Shown: piece by piece, positions 11,921 through 25,221 of the stretch | Position numbering within the stretch: the stretch's first letter is position 1 | Layout of the letters: each line of letters opens with the position of its first letter | Origin: Azolla caroliniana | Taxonomy: Eukaryota > Plantae > Polypodiophyta | Length of the DNA stretch: 64,000 nt | Assembly (NCBI GenBank): GCA_043228905.1 | Contig: JBHGNT010000018.1 | Coordinates: 15,934,001-15,998,000 of the forward strand | Direction: 5' to 3' | The notes under the pieces: generated by a model | What the model saw: the letters and a program-made list of their open reading frames with translations, nothing else | The model's database searches: none | What the model was told of the DNA's origin: nothing | Made by a program: the position numbers and the translations under genes

Positions 11921-12544
11921 TGCTATGTCAAAAATGCTCATCATTTAAAAGATTGAAAGTAACATTTGCGTCGACATCTTAGATCATTTATATAGAACTC
12001 AGTGTCCACAAATTCCAAACAACTGAAAGGGCAAAGGGATGGTGGTGATAGAAACAAACTATGTGCATTGTGCAAACTGACTCTTCCACATCACCGAAGA
12101 CCAACATCACAATCGTTGTATACAATTAAGGTGTGCAAAGAATGCAAGAAACCTATTCAACAACACATTGTAGACACACACACACACACACACAAACATC
12201 CACCAGTATACTAGGCTCATAATCATAATTCAACACGAATGCCAAAGCCAGGACATTGCATCTACATCATTGCGAGTTTCACGATCTTATCAAAGAGTTT
12301 TCCTTACCCCCCCCCCCCCTACTACTACAACTACTACTAAGTTACTAACTATACTACATCACATTTATGAGGATAGCCAATGAATGAAGGCAAGCAAGCT
12401 CTCCCAAGTAATTTGGGCACCCATTCTTTTGCTTTCATCCTACTTGTGAAGAAGAAAGAAGAAGAAAAAAAAAGGTCTTCCCTTCCCTAGGCAGTAGGAG
12501 CAGGGCTAATGTATGCTAGGACAATCTATCTTTATTTATTTATT

Positions 12545-12681
12545 TAATATATTTAATATATTTATAAATATATATACATACATATATGTATATGTATATA
12601 TTTAAATATATACACACACATATATATACATATGTATATGTATATATTTAAATATATACACACACATATATATACAAATTT

Positions 12682-12722
<41 letters not shown>
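12545..12722. repeat. (TA)n/(CA)n low-complexity microsatellite
   Basis: Directly visible. Confidence 0.9.
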
Positions 12723-12844
12723 CATTATAACAAGATAATGAGTTATCTGTCTGTGTAGATATGACAAATCCCTGAGACAGAGAGAACAAATGGGTTCCAA
12801 CACTCCCATCCTTCTTCTTTACTGCGGGAGCAGGAGCAGTTGCA

Positions 12845-12845
<1 letters not shown>

Positions 12846-12890
<45 letters not shown>
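12846..12890. repeat. (AGT)n microsatellite
   Basis: About 15 AGT units; explains the poly-S and poly-L ORFs. Confidence 0.95.
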
Positions 12891-12891
<1 letters not shown>

Positions 12892-13104
12892 TTAACACAT
12901 TTACTGCCCATTTACTGCAAAACACAAGAAGAATAGCAGGAGCAGAAGACCCAAGAAAAATATCAGTCTCACACCTTACACACAAAATTCATTCATTGGA
13001 AACAGGAAAAAATAGCAGAGCAAAAGGCACAGTAACTAAGAAATCTGGTCAACCAGAGCCATTATTCCACGAATATTTCCCTATCCATAAAAGAAAACTT
13101 AATT

Positions 13105-13105
<1 letters not shown>

Positions 13106-13138
<33 letters not shown>

Positions 13139-13215
13139 GATGGATGTTACAACAGAATAGTTGACTGCCTTGACTGTCTTGACTGCCTGACTGTCTGATT
13201 GACTGATTGACTGAC
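13106..13215. repeat. (AG)n and degenerate (TGAC)n microsatellites
   Basis: Directly visible. Confidence 0.85.
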
Positions 13216-13329
13216 CCAACCAGGGTAAAAAGCAACCAAATCCATCACAGTATTAAGACATGCCTTACCTCTCCCATCGCCAGGATAACGTCTCATTCTG
13301 AGATGATAGATATTCCCACCCCCCCCCCC

Positions 13330-13722
13330 CACCAAACACACCATATCCATAGATACTGTCTATCTCTGCATTCTTCTCTCCAATTGTTGTGAGTAAGATC
13401 TTTCCCTCCATATCTGCAAATCTCATGTTCAATCCATCAAAAAAACTGAGCTTTTTTTTTGTCTTTGACTATTACCGCACCAGACATTATTCAAATCTTA
13501 CAACAGAACCTGGCCCGCACACATACCACCAAACACACCATATCCATAGATACTGTCTTATCTCTGCATTCTCCTCTCCAATTGTTGTAAGTATGATCTT
13601 TCCAAACAAATCTGCAAACCTCATGTTCAATCCATAAAAAACCTGAGCTTTCTTGTCTTTGGCTATTACCACACCAGACATTATTCAAATTTACAACCGA
13701 ACCTCAACCTCACACATACCAC
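13330..13722. repeat. Tandem duplication, two diverged copies of about 197 bp
   Basis: CACCAAACACACCATATCCATAGATACTGTC...CAGACATTATTCAAAT at about 13330 and 13527. Confidence 0.9.
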
Positions 13723-14568
13723 ATTCACAAAAATATGGAGAGCAATATCAAACAAATTCTCTGCACTTCAAGAGCTTTGCGCTTCAGTATATTACAACCT
13801 CAGCCATCTTTCAAGAATTGTGATCGAATCTGAAACGAGCCCATGTCATACTCACAAACCCACAGAGAACTAATGAAGCAAATCTCCTGGGCTTACTGAT
13901 GTATATGAATTAGTCAGGCTTATAAAATCAGTGAATTCAATTGCCTCAATTACCAAGCTCATACATTTCCAAATTACACTTAATGATTACAGTAGAGACC
14001 AACACATCAGCATAGTTGCGTCTGATCAGAAACAAAACAAAAACGCCACCTATGGAGAGCAATCGACACATCAAATATTAATCGTCTGTGATGAAAATCC
14101 GAATAAATCAAACATTTCGAAGACTCAATAGTTGGTAATTTCCACTATATCGAACCATAGATCACTCACTCAAAACATGAGCATCCAATTACAACATCGA
14201 GAAAGTCAGTATATATGCTCTTGAATGTGTAACAGAATATCGATTCGATTAACTTAAATCAAAACATTACATATGAGTTGATATACAACAAAATACAATC
14301 AAAATATTATAAGCTACTATACTATATGCAGTAACCAATCAGACACATCTTTTCCATCCAAGGGGCTACTACCATTAGCTAACTTATTCCAGGAATTTCT
14401 TTTTCCTTCCGTTATCTTTGTTATCAACTTTCAGTGTGAAACCCTTCCTCCTGTTCTTTATTATGATTCTACACTAAGAAGGAAACATCCACGATTTCGC
14501 AATGCATTTTAATCCTTGTCTTCTTTCCATCGTCCAATATTATGCCTTTGTCTGCTGATATGGCTGAT

Positions 14569-16586
14569 TTAACTTCCCCCTCCCCTGCATTTGTTCTTAT
14601 CAGAGAATTTCGATGACGAGTCTCCTGCATATGCACAAGTTTAAACTCAATAAACTCCGAATATCGGTTAACATTCGAGTTGATCATTGAAACACCTCTC
14701 TTCATTGAATAACAATCTAACTCATGTTCAGAGCCATCGTATCATAGACAAACTCAAATAAATAATCTAACATAAAAACATAAGAAAGGTCGTTATATGA
14801 AGTGACTGACAGTCCGAAATTGTCTTTGTCTATAATCAGCTACCAGATTCCAAATTAATCAACAATCACATTGGACTACGCCACAAAAATTCACCTTCAG
14901 TAATAACTCCCATTCATATAACTCGAACTACTAAACTTTCCCATTCCGTAACAAGAATTGACGACGACAACAAACAACCGTCACACTTGCAATGACTACG
15001 ATACACGAAGGGCGAGCGAACTATGGCATATAGCAAACACTTTCTTGACCAGACGTATATTTTAGTGTACCTATCGGAGAGAAGTCGTTAACCTACTTGA
15101 TATATAACCTTATTTTTCTTAAATCGACAGAATACCTTGTTTTCTACGGCCATGAGAACTGAAGTTAGCTACCCTTGGAAGAAAAACTCCAGTTCCTACT
15201 GATTCTTTCCGAGGTATCGTGCGATGGCCTTGTTGAGGAAGGGGAACCTCTAAACTGCTTCGATTCCACGTCTCAGAAGACCTTTCTTCAACGAGGCATG
15301 AAGATCCACCCCACGGAGCGTGTTGCATACTTTGGCGAGCATAGAATGCATTCTGAAAAGAAACATTTATTCAGTCAAAAGAATCTAGGAAATTACTTCA
15401 TTCTCTTGGATTATTGGTCAAATTTTATTAACCTGTCTAATTGTAATTGTACTAGGTACATAATGAAATTGCATTAAAGAATATATTATGACAAACACAA
15501 ATTCAGCTATGCAACAAAGAAACAACATATATACCATATTTCTATCATGAAGAGGAGTTGGGACTGTCGAGGATGTATGGTGAGACCGAAGATAGGAGCC
15601 GTGACGAGCTCGAGAATTATAATATTCCCACGTCGTTTCCTGAAAAGGAAGAAGATTCCTGGCTTCATTGAACGCAATATCTTCAGCGGAGAATTGGTGA
15701 GACGGTGCAATTCTCGACATCGATCGACGAGCACTTAGAGCACGTTCTTTGGCTATTTCTGCATCTCTCTGCAGACGAATGAGTGCAGCAGTTCTTTCTG
15801 CAAGCTGCGCCCCATAAAAATAACAGCTATAGAATGTTAGAGATATCTAAAGTCAGATTAGTAAAATACTGACAAATGTGGCATTACGAGGAAGGAATGA
15901 AACTGTGCTTCCAGATAAAAAAAAAGATCCATTGGACACTGGATGGAATGTAAAACATCATGTCTCTGAAAATACTTCGCCTGACGACGTAATGCTCTAA
16001 ACAAAGAGAAGGTTTCGTAGTTCATTTCTTAAATTTAAAAAATGAAAAACTTAAGAATGACGGGAAACTTGGCTAAATAATGAGCAACTATAGAAGGTCT
16101 ACACGGAATGGATACATTCAATGTTCAAATACACAGAGACAAGGAAGCATGATAAGAGAAAGAAATACTCAGTATTTTCATAGAAATGGAAAGACGGATT
16201 GAGAGGAGTGAATCGCAATGAGCAGCTATGGCCTATTTCAAAAGATCGGTTTTTTACATAGAGGCATCCAGTGTAGAGTTTAATAAGAACAGCACAAAAG
16301 AAGAGAAATGGTAGATAGAAATAGAACGGGAACAAATCGACGCGAGAAACAGCGGTAAGAAGTGAAGATGAGAGCAGAAGGAAGCGATATTAGAGGGGTG
16401 TACCAAAGCTTGAGGATCAATGCGAAAGCCATGGCTCTCCTCTTCGGAAGGTTCATCATCGTCAAGCATAGCGTGTGCAATCTGTTCGGCAAGGCTGGAG
16501 ACGTAGTCATAGTCGTCGTCGCTGTTGGGAGAGGAATCGAGCTCTGCAGCTGAGGGAAAGAAAGATTGGCCAGAAACGAGGGCCAT
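14569..16586 (-). CDS. Spliced host gene: plant-specific uncharacterised protein with GTGVFLPR motif (family often labelled TIP41-like); exons 16586-16404, 15804-15535, 15352-15136, tentative last exon 14624-14569; about 241 aa
   Basis: GT-AG introns join three ORF-track segments in frame (phases 0, 0, 1). N-terminal DDDYDYVSSLAEQIAHAMLDDD and C-terminal RKESVGTGVFLPR resemble the two conserved blocks of this family. CT-rich 5' UTR upstream. The last exon is uncertain (alternative acceptors near 15070 and 13829). Confidence 0.72.
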
Positions 16587-16742
16587 GGCGTTTCTTCTCC
16601 GATTGGAAGGAAGAAACAGGAAACGGGAGGAGGTGGAGGAGGAGGAGGAGGAGGAGGCAGAAGAACAGAAGCGCAGAGGCTATGCTATGGCGAGAAGGAG
16701 ACACAGTGAAGAGGCGAGGTTTGGCTATGGCGATGGCGTTTC

Positions 16743-16786
16743 TAGGGTTTCTAAGGAAGAGAGAGGGGGGTTTTTTTTTAGGGTTT
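16743..16786 (-). promoter_or_regulatory. Two telo-boxes (AAACCCTA) in the 5' UTR/proximal promoter
   Basis: Plus strand TAGGGTTT at about 16743 and 16779, 160-200 bp upstream of the ATG. Confidence 0.5.
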
Positions 16787-17947
16787 GGGGGGAAGGGGAG
16801 GGTTTTCTGTGTGAAGTGATGTGGATAGAATTATTTTCCTCTCTCTTTTTATTTTTATTTGTTTTGTAAATTCGAGACCTCCCCCTTCCCTCTCACTTCT
16901 TTTTATCTTCGCTCAGGTAAAATTTATTTAATTAATTAATTCGTTAATATTAATATTAATAACGTCGGGTGGGAAGGAGGTCGGGAAAATATATACTTAA
17001 AATTAAAAGAAAATTTAATAATTAACAATAATAGCAACCAAAGAAAAAACAAAATCGATTATTAGCTCCTTTTTTAAAAGCATATATAAATAAAATCGAA
17101 CCTTTTCTTCTTCTTCTTCTTTTTTTCCACCAAATTTTTTTTGCTTTTTATGTGGATTTTATTTTTCCTTTTTACGCAGGAAAATAAATAAAAAGAAGCT
17201 ATTTTACTTTTTGTTCTTATTATTGCTTTTCTAGTTCGTTTTTAACGTTGCATTTAATGCGCGGTGCTGCGTCGACGTAATTAAAAATTTGCAAACTAAA
17301 AGGAGAAAATAAAAATTAAATAAATAGATAAAGAGCTAATTAATTTATCTGCCGATAAACACAAAATCCTAATTATGGCAGATTTGTTTCCTTGTTTTTT
17401 TTTTATTTCTTTGTTTTATTTAATATTTATTTTGGGGGGTTGGGAAATCGAAGATATGGGAGCTTCGTTTTAATTAATTGCGGCAGAAATTATTCTGCTT
17501 AGTGGGCGGCAAAAAAAATTAAATAAATAAAATCAAAAGAAAACAAAATCGAAATTACCATATAAAACATATATCGCGCATTAGTTTTTGAATATTTTTG
17601 TTCTTTTATATTGGCATTTTTTTTTATTGTAATGATTTGTTTTTGCAATTTTACGTTCGTTTGTTTCTGTTGTTCTATTTCTCCGTTTTGTTTTTTCTGT
17701 TGTTTACGTTTATTTCTGGTCTTATTTGTTTTATTTTCCCTTCTGTTTCTGTTTACGCGGGAAAGCTTTGGATTGGCTGTTCTAATTTCTATATTTCCCC
17801 AATTTTTATTTCTAATTTTTTCCTTCCTCTTAATTATTAATATTATTAACCATTAAATACGATTTTTCTATTTCAACAACGCAGGCGGCGAGGGGTGGGG
17901 GGGTTCGAAAACCGAAATGATTCAGTTACGGCAAAACCATGGGGAGT

Positions 17948-17985
17948 GTGACGTGGCGGGCGACGGCCGGGAGGAGACGCGTGGC
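17948..17985. promoter_or_regulatory. ABRE/G-box (TGACGTGGC) plus CE3-like element (GACGCGTGGC) pair
   Basis: Both motifs lie within 40 bp in a GC-rich patch about 1.4 kb upstream of the host ATG, inside very AT-rich DNA. Confidence 0.4.
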
Positions 17986-20900
17986 GAGTTTCCATTGGCG
18001 GTGAGAATGGCGGGAAAAAATATACATATATATATATATTATATATGAGAAACAAAATAAGAGCGTGGTTGTGGAAGGGAGAGGGGGCCCAGTTGGCGGC
18101 GCCTCTGGTTGGGGGAAAAAATCGTAACTAGATTTGGTTGGCTAACTAGACCACGCTAAGAGAAGCTAACCAGGGTTCCTCCTGGTTCGTTTCTCTTCTT
18201 CTTTTCTCTTTTGCCGTTTGTGTGTTTTTTGAAAATCGTCGGGCCCTTTTCAAAATGTTTGCGGGGTAATTACGTAAGGGACGTCTCCCACGATTTCACA
18301 CACACATACATGACATACACACGAGATCTATATGTCCTTGTGTGTGTTGCCCACCACTCGCATTTGGGCGGGCATGGGGTCCTTTTTATTGTGACCATAA
18401 CACGAAAGCAACGTCTTTTGTTGTTGTTGATCTCTCGTGCGTCTGATCTCTCGTAACATTGCCACCATGAGGATTCATCCTCGGCCACACATTATCTAGA
18501 AATCTAGAGGACTCTGCAACAGTAGCATTACATTGACACCACCATGGAGCTAAACAATGTCGTGTGGGCCAACCCACCCTTTCACCCCTTGTTACGGGTT
18601 TTATTAGTAGCATGTTTCCATCGTTAGCTTGTAAGCCCAATGGGAGTTGCCAATATAGTTTTATGCCACCACCGAATCAGAGCCAAGCGCATGAACACAT
18701 CTATCCATTTGGGTCTCTTTAATGAAAATTAAAAAGGAAAAGGTTGGGGGAGGGGTCCTATGTAGCTTCGATCCGACCAATATCTCTGACTTTTTTCACC
18801 TGCGTGATCCAATATGTTTTTACGATATGCCCAACTTTTCGTGTTACTTACTTATCTACCTTGTTTGTATTAAGGGAGACTATCCCCATCCTCGAAACCC
18901 CTCTATTTTGCCCCCCACACGTCTGATAGTCTCGCACACTTGTCCTTTCTCACATCACCCATGCTTGTTTTTAAGATAGAGACATTTCTCATATGCTTGA
19001 TTATGGTTGCATTGATTTGCTCCTCCTTTGAGGTTCTTCTATGTGTCATGTGGTCAGAAGAAGTTGAAGGACACAAGCACCCCCCAAATACATATGTGAG
19101 TTGTGTGCGTGCAGTGCAGATCACCTTCCCCAACCTTAGTCATTTTGCTCACGTAGTTGTGGGCATTCACTCCACTTGAGTTACAACCACTTATCATCAA
19201 ACTCGACACAAAATTTTTGTACGCTACAATGTCCTAAACAATATAAATTGGATATTGTCATGGAGGAATAATGAAGAATGATCTACACCTTGAGATCGTT
19301 TGTGAGACACATAACTAATGTAACATTGTGGGTATATTGTCACCCATTCTTATGTTTGTTTCTATTCCAATCTAAGATATGTAAACACTCATCTAAGGTT
19401 TTCCATGCCCTCACGTTGGGGTTTAATCTGTTTGCTTGGTGCACCCTCTAAGGTTCAATCAAGTAGATTATTATACTAGCAATGCGAACACTATATTGAA
19501 CATAAGGTATACCAATTATTGATGCTAGCTAGCATTGCAATTTAACATTGGACAATATCGTACTAACATAACTATTTCAGAAACCCATGAAAAGACCATA
19601 ACAAAGCATCACCTAAGAGAGAACAACAAACATATCCTCGACAAAAACACGTACTTTAAGCATTAAGAGCATAACACATAAACCCACAAGGTACTGACAT
19701 GTATCCTATTGTACATGCACAAAACACTGACTAAATACAAACTATGCATGGAGTGTCTGCCCACTTCCCTTGTACACATGAGCACATATCACGAGTGAGA
19801 AAAGTGAGCATTGTCATATGCATAAACACTATAATAAACATATAAAAACTAGCATCAACAATCATCGTGTTTATAAACATAAGCATAAACTATAAGATAA
19901 ACAAACACATACACAAAAACATATATGTATGTACAAATTGGTTTTATTCCACCTGGCAACTACGACAAATAAAGTGATCATTCCCTATGTCGGTATGTGA
20001 AGCAAGCCTACACGCTCTATAAGTAGGTAATGTCATATAATGCTTTTGCATATTGCACTTCATACTTTCAAGATATCTCTCAACAAACTACTTTATCCAA
20101 TGGATGTGATAGGATTTCTAATCTAACAAAGTTTTCTAAATTAGAGAGATTTGTTAAAATGCCCAAAGGACAAAGAATGGACACTCACCAAATTAATCAT
20201 TGCCTTTCGAAAGGGAAATTTTACATTGCATGGACAAGTTAGAGCATAGTACGTAAAATTCGTGTTCGTCTAGTATAACATTCGTTTTCATACGTTGGAA
20301 AACGAATGCGAATGTTATTCAAACATTCTTGTGTTTTCTTTTTTCTTTTTTCCCCTTTTTTTTTAATGTTTTTAATGTTTTTTTTCCTTTTTTATGCTTA
20401 TCTACCTCATAATAAATAGTTAATCCAAAAGTATGGTATTTATCATTCTTTGAGGGTGTTTTTCTTTCACGAATGCACGAATGGTACGTATGGTTCATAC
20501 TATGAGTTAGAGTGATAGCATACTATCATTGTGATGTTGTAGGAGGCTTCGTATGGGAATTATACGTATGTCTCTTCTCTCTTAAATTCCTACATCTATT
20601 GCATGACGCATTGCCAATGAAGACATTACTTTCCTTTCAAAGGCAATGTATACATGCCATACAACATGGTATGATATTCATTAACTATATCTTATCGTTT
20701 AAGAACATGACCTTTTTTACGGTAGTTTCCAGTACTTACTAGAAAGGGCATTATGTTTTAGAGCCACTGGCCATGTCTAAAATTTTACTTTTTACACGAG
20801 AAGGTTGAATCTTCCTACTTTTGACAAATATAATAATGTTATCCCATTATTTAGGGCAAATTTTCATGATATTTATCTAGAATGAACCATGAAGAAAAAG

Positions 20901-23900
20901 TAGTTTTTTGACAGAAAACTTTGTTTCAACAAAGCAAGCTAAAATATTTTGATATATATAAATTACAACAACATAAGAAAACATTGGCAAATTATAAAAA
21001 TGCTCTATTTATGTGGAGCGAACATGAGCTCCCAAATCGAAAGGAAGTTTAACAAGCACAATTGTCTACTTGATCACTTCACAACTTTTATCTTGCAGAG
21101 TGTTGAATTCCGAAAGCACCATGGGTATAATATCATTGATGCTTGAAAACATAATTATATAGATGTCATCGTGTTCTCTTATACAAGAAGCTCGTTGGTG
21201 TCTCGATAGTTGCATAAAAAGTGAATGCTATTTTAAAGCCATAGTTCGCGGAGGCATGACCAATAATAATAAGATGGAATGAATGTCTTTAATCCAAATT
21301 AAAAAGAATGAATGTTGTATATAAGTCTTCCCCCCACAATGGATAGACAATTTACTACATATAAAGTACATACACACTAATTTTTTACAACTTAACTAAC
21401 AAGGTTTCTCTATAGTCTAACATAAAATCGATCAACCAAAGTTTAACTATGTATTGCTATGCTTTGAAAATGCATTATCTATATACATTCCAACATTGTA
21501 TATGTTACTCATTCATATCAATGATGCTTTGAGATGTCTTGATTGTTCTCATGGCACACCCACTATTTTGAGGCTCTTATAATTTAGTCATGGTCAATTT
21601 TCCTTCCCTTCGTTTATGTACTTGACTTCATATCTCCACATTCTACACACTTTCTTTTGTTAAGCTAGCTTGAGGCATAAGTAAATTCCAAGGGGATATC
21701 ACTCAACATGGGTATCAAGCAAATATCATTCGTTGCATGAGAGTATGTATACCCATACATCAAATATAGCCCGCAATATGAAACATATGTGAGGCAAAGA
21801 CAATGATCATAGTCTAAAGACACCTATCTAGAGTTTGTATGGAAGTGATGAAAGACTAATTACAGAACTTCGCATTGTTATCTAAGTGTACTTTATATGA
21901 GACTAATGTATGCCTTGATTAACTCAAACTTTATTCAACTCTACTTTTCAGCCATATATTGTTCCAATGTACTATAACTCATTTTTCAGAATGGCCATCA
22001 AGGGTCTTAAAAGTGCATGGGAAAATGGTTTTCATAGTCACATCTATCATCGCTTTCTCTTTCATTGTAGTGTATCTTGTCGTTTTAATGTTATAGCTTA
22101 TCACATGTCATTGTGTTCAATGTTTTCATGGCACATCAAAGACTAACACAATCTACGTGATGGGCTAGTGAATATTACCAAGTCGTGGAAATAATACGAA
22201 AGTAAATGTAGTAACAATATCACTCATAGAAACCATGCACAAAACACGTGAATCTTAGGTAGGACACATAATCACTACATGATGCAGTGACCCAAAATAT
22301 GAGGACAAAACTTTTTGATGAAGATGATTGTTCATTCATACAAAGGATTGCATAGGGGCAAGAATCGTAAAAAATGGCTCGGAGAGACATACCCAAAAAA
22401 CATATTCTATTATTTTATTTAATGATGAGATATGTGCAGTCATGCTAGTCATGTTGTAAGTTGTAACAACTTGAAGTGTCGAGGGAGTATAGGTAACACA
22501 AGCTAGTTGAGGAATTTATGGAATTACAAACAAGATGAGAGAAAAACAATTATAACACAAACCAACTAACAAGTGATTCCAAATGGATGTTGTGGAGGAT
22601 TTGGTATCAACTTGTCTCCCATCAGCTTTACATATTCACGAATGATCCGTGGAAAGAAAACAAGCCTTGACAAGTGCCTACTTGTTATTGAGACTTTGAG
22701 ATGTCTCATTTACCTAATACCGCTACCTCCAACCCCAACTCTTCTCATGCTAAATATTTATGACGAAAGAGCTCCCAATCGAGTGTTGAAAGCCCATTCA
22801 TATAGTTGAATTTAAAGCTTTTTACCTATTTTTTTCAAGTTCATATATTATTCTTATTGATGTCTTTTCTCCCGTTTACTCTTTCTTAGGATGCTCAAAT
22901 TCTACTTTTTCCATCTGCAAATGGTGACGACGTGCATAGAGATGATGACATGGCAAAGTTTGATGTTGTGGCACGATTGCTAGATGATCCTCTATTGAAA
23001 GTTCCATAAAGTGTGCGCTTTAAACATTGTCCACGTTTTTATCTAAAATATCATACAAGCCAAAAGAGGTGCGAGTCCTAAAAAAGGATTTATCACCTTC
23101 AAAACCTTCGATCTCTCGTTTCTGCTTTTGCAAACTCATTAAATGGAACACCTCATTTATTTCACATATTTCTTGGCAAAATACTTGAACAAATATATAA
23201 AAAACAATCGATATGCTCCATTTCCAATGAACATTTACACAACCACAATATTTAAATTGATCTTCCATCTAATTCTTGAGTATAAACAAAAAACAAGGCA
23301 GAAAATGAAACATGGAGGAGATGCATTGGTAATTGGCAAATAAAAACCAATCCATCTAATATGTCTAACAGAGTGTTGGCAATCAAAATGATCATCTTCA
23401 TCCCATTCAAACAAAAGGAAGAAGATGTAGCTTGACATTATCTCTTGAGAACGGGATGGTGTGCCCTTCCCTTGGGTTCCAACTTTTGAGTTAACTCAAG
23501 GCAAGTGACTTGTTTATGGAACATAAGTCCATCCTTTGAGTCATTATCCATTCATTCAATTTTAATGTGAAGTCACATCTACATCCTTGAGTTGATAACA
23601 TCCATTAGTATATTTATGCACCATGTACAAACTTTCTTGTCGAATTTCAAGCTTCTTTCAAGCATTTAAGCAAGAGTAGTCACCCTCTTGGGAACACAAA
23701 GAGTGATAACATACCATATCTCACCCTAAAATCTTATTTTCATCTCAATAGAGCCTCTCATACCTCACTCCTTGCACACACAATCACAACTCCCCTCAAG
23801 AATTCATCCCACAATCAATGTAATTATTTCATTTATTTATTTATTTATTTTCCAAAAAGTAATTATTTCATTCTTGTCACACATAGACACAACAATAGAA

Positions 23901-24559
23901 TCATATGACCAAATCTTCCATTTACCATATATAGAACAAGTAGGGCATACCTTACACTTCTCTCTCTCTCTCTCTCTCATCCACTCATTCATCCACTCAT
24001 TCATCCACTCATTTTCATCCACTCATTTTTCACCTCTTTACAATCCCTCTGGGCTCTCCTTAATAGGAGACTAAATATTTGAGTTACGCATGATGATATG
24101 ATGGCAAGGAAATTTCTATACTTGTTTGTTTGCATGCCTTCTCTTAATACAAGGATCATTAAAAATTATGCATTTGTATATTGTCCTCGAGTTCACATTT
24201 TGGAGCTTATTCTTGATGCCATAGAATCCTCCTTCCTGTAAAATGTTATTATGACTTGATACCAACAAACATTGTTTGATTTCCTTCACTTTGTGAATCT
24301 CATGGAAATACCTCTTTTATTGTCAATATAAGCTATTGTCTAGCAGCTCATTTCATGCTAGTTTAAGAAGAATACAAGTCTATACATCCTTTTTGAATAA
24401 GAAACTACGACATATCAAAATTTTCTAATTAGATTATGATTGCTTATAGATCAATTAATTAATTCACTCCCAAACTACTTTCATGCTTATTTTGTAGTAT
24501 AGTACACTTTTCCCTTGAAGCTAAATAGGAACTTATGATGCTTTATAGGCCCAAAGTAC

Positions 24560-25060
24560 ATGATCTAATACTTACCCCATGAGCGATGCATTTATCTTCC
24601 ATATTGCGCCATTGACTTAAGGGTAATATGGTGCAAAAAAACAATGCTCGATCCTCAAATTTTGGACTAGAAGAGATGTACATAGGAACCCCGGTCCACT
24701 ATGTCTTTTTCCACTATTAATAACATCCCTTTGACCCACTTGGTCACATAATCAACCACCACAACGATGCATTCCTTATTTGTCCCCATGCAAGATGTCT
24801 TATTGTAGTGATTCACCATTCTTGATAGGAGCAAAAAAAATTCATTTTTATGAATCATCAACATAACACTTAACCTCGATGGATCAAGTCCTCATCAATA
24901 GCAATGTATGTAATGCCTTTGCAGTTGGTCTTTTTTAAAATGGACGTGTAACCATCAAGAAATATAACACCATCTAGAAAGATCTCGGCCTCTTGAAGTG
25001 CATCAACAAATTGCAAGTAGGATAATTACATTGACCTCTTTCGCCATGTCCCCTTCAAAT
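24560..25060 (-). pseudogene. Highly decayed gypsy integrase relic
   Basis: CIVVVVDYVTKWVKG matches the integrase core motif YILVAVDYxxKWVEA; boundaries approximate. Confidence 0.5.
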
Positions 25061-25221
25061 ATTATTGAGCTAGAGCACTAGATTTCTGTTTTTTTCTTAT
25101 TTAACCACATATTCCACATGGTAAAAAAACATAAAATATCATTTCATTTCCCTATGTTGTTGACAAATATAAGTTTTCTTGCATTGCCAAACTCCTTGAA
25201 ATTCCTTAATCACTAGCGTAG

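Noticed and set aside
12562-13106. Short ORFs with poly-S, poly-L or YI repeats
   Set aside because: Translations of microsatellites.
20279-20310. 11-bp inverted repeat CATTCGTTTTC/GAAAACGAATG as a terminator or MITE end
   Set aside because: No partner terminus or TSD found; bacterial-type terminators are irrelevant in this context.
18200-24500. Additional host genes among the short ORFs of the AT-rich island (also 26700-34500)
   Set aside because: ORFs are short, lack recognisable motifs or consistent splice structure, and are probably very old TE debris.
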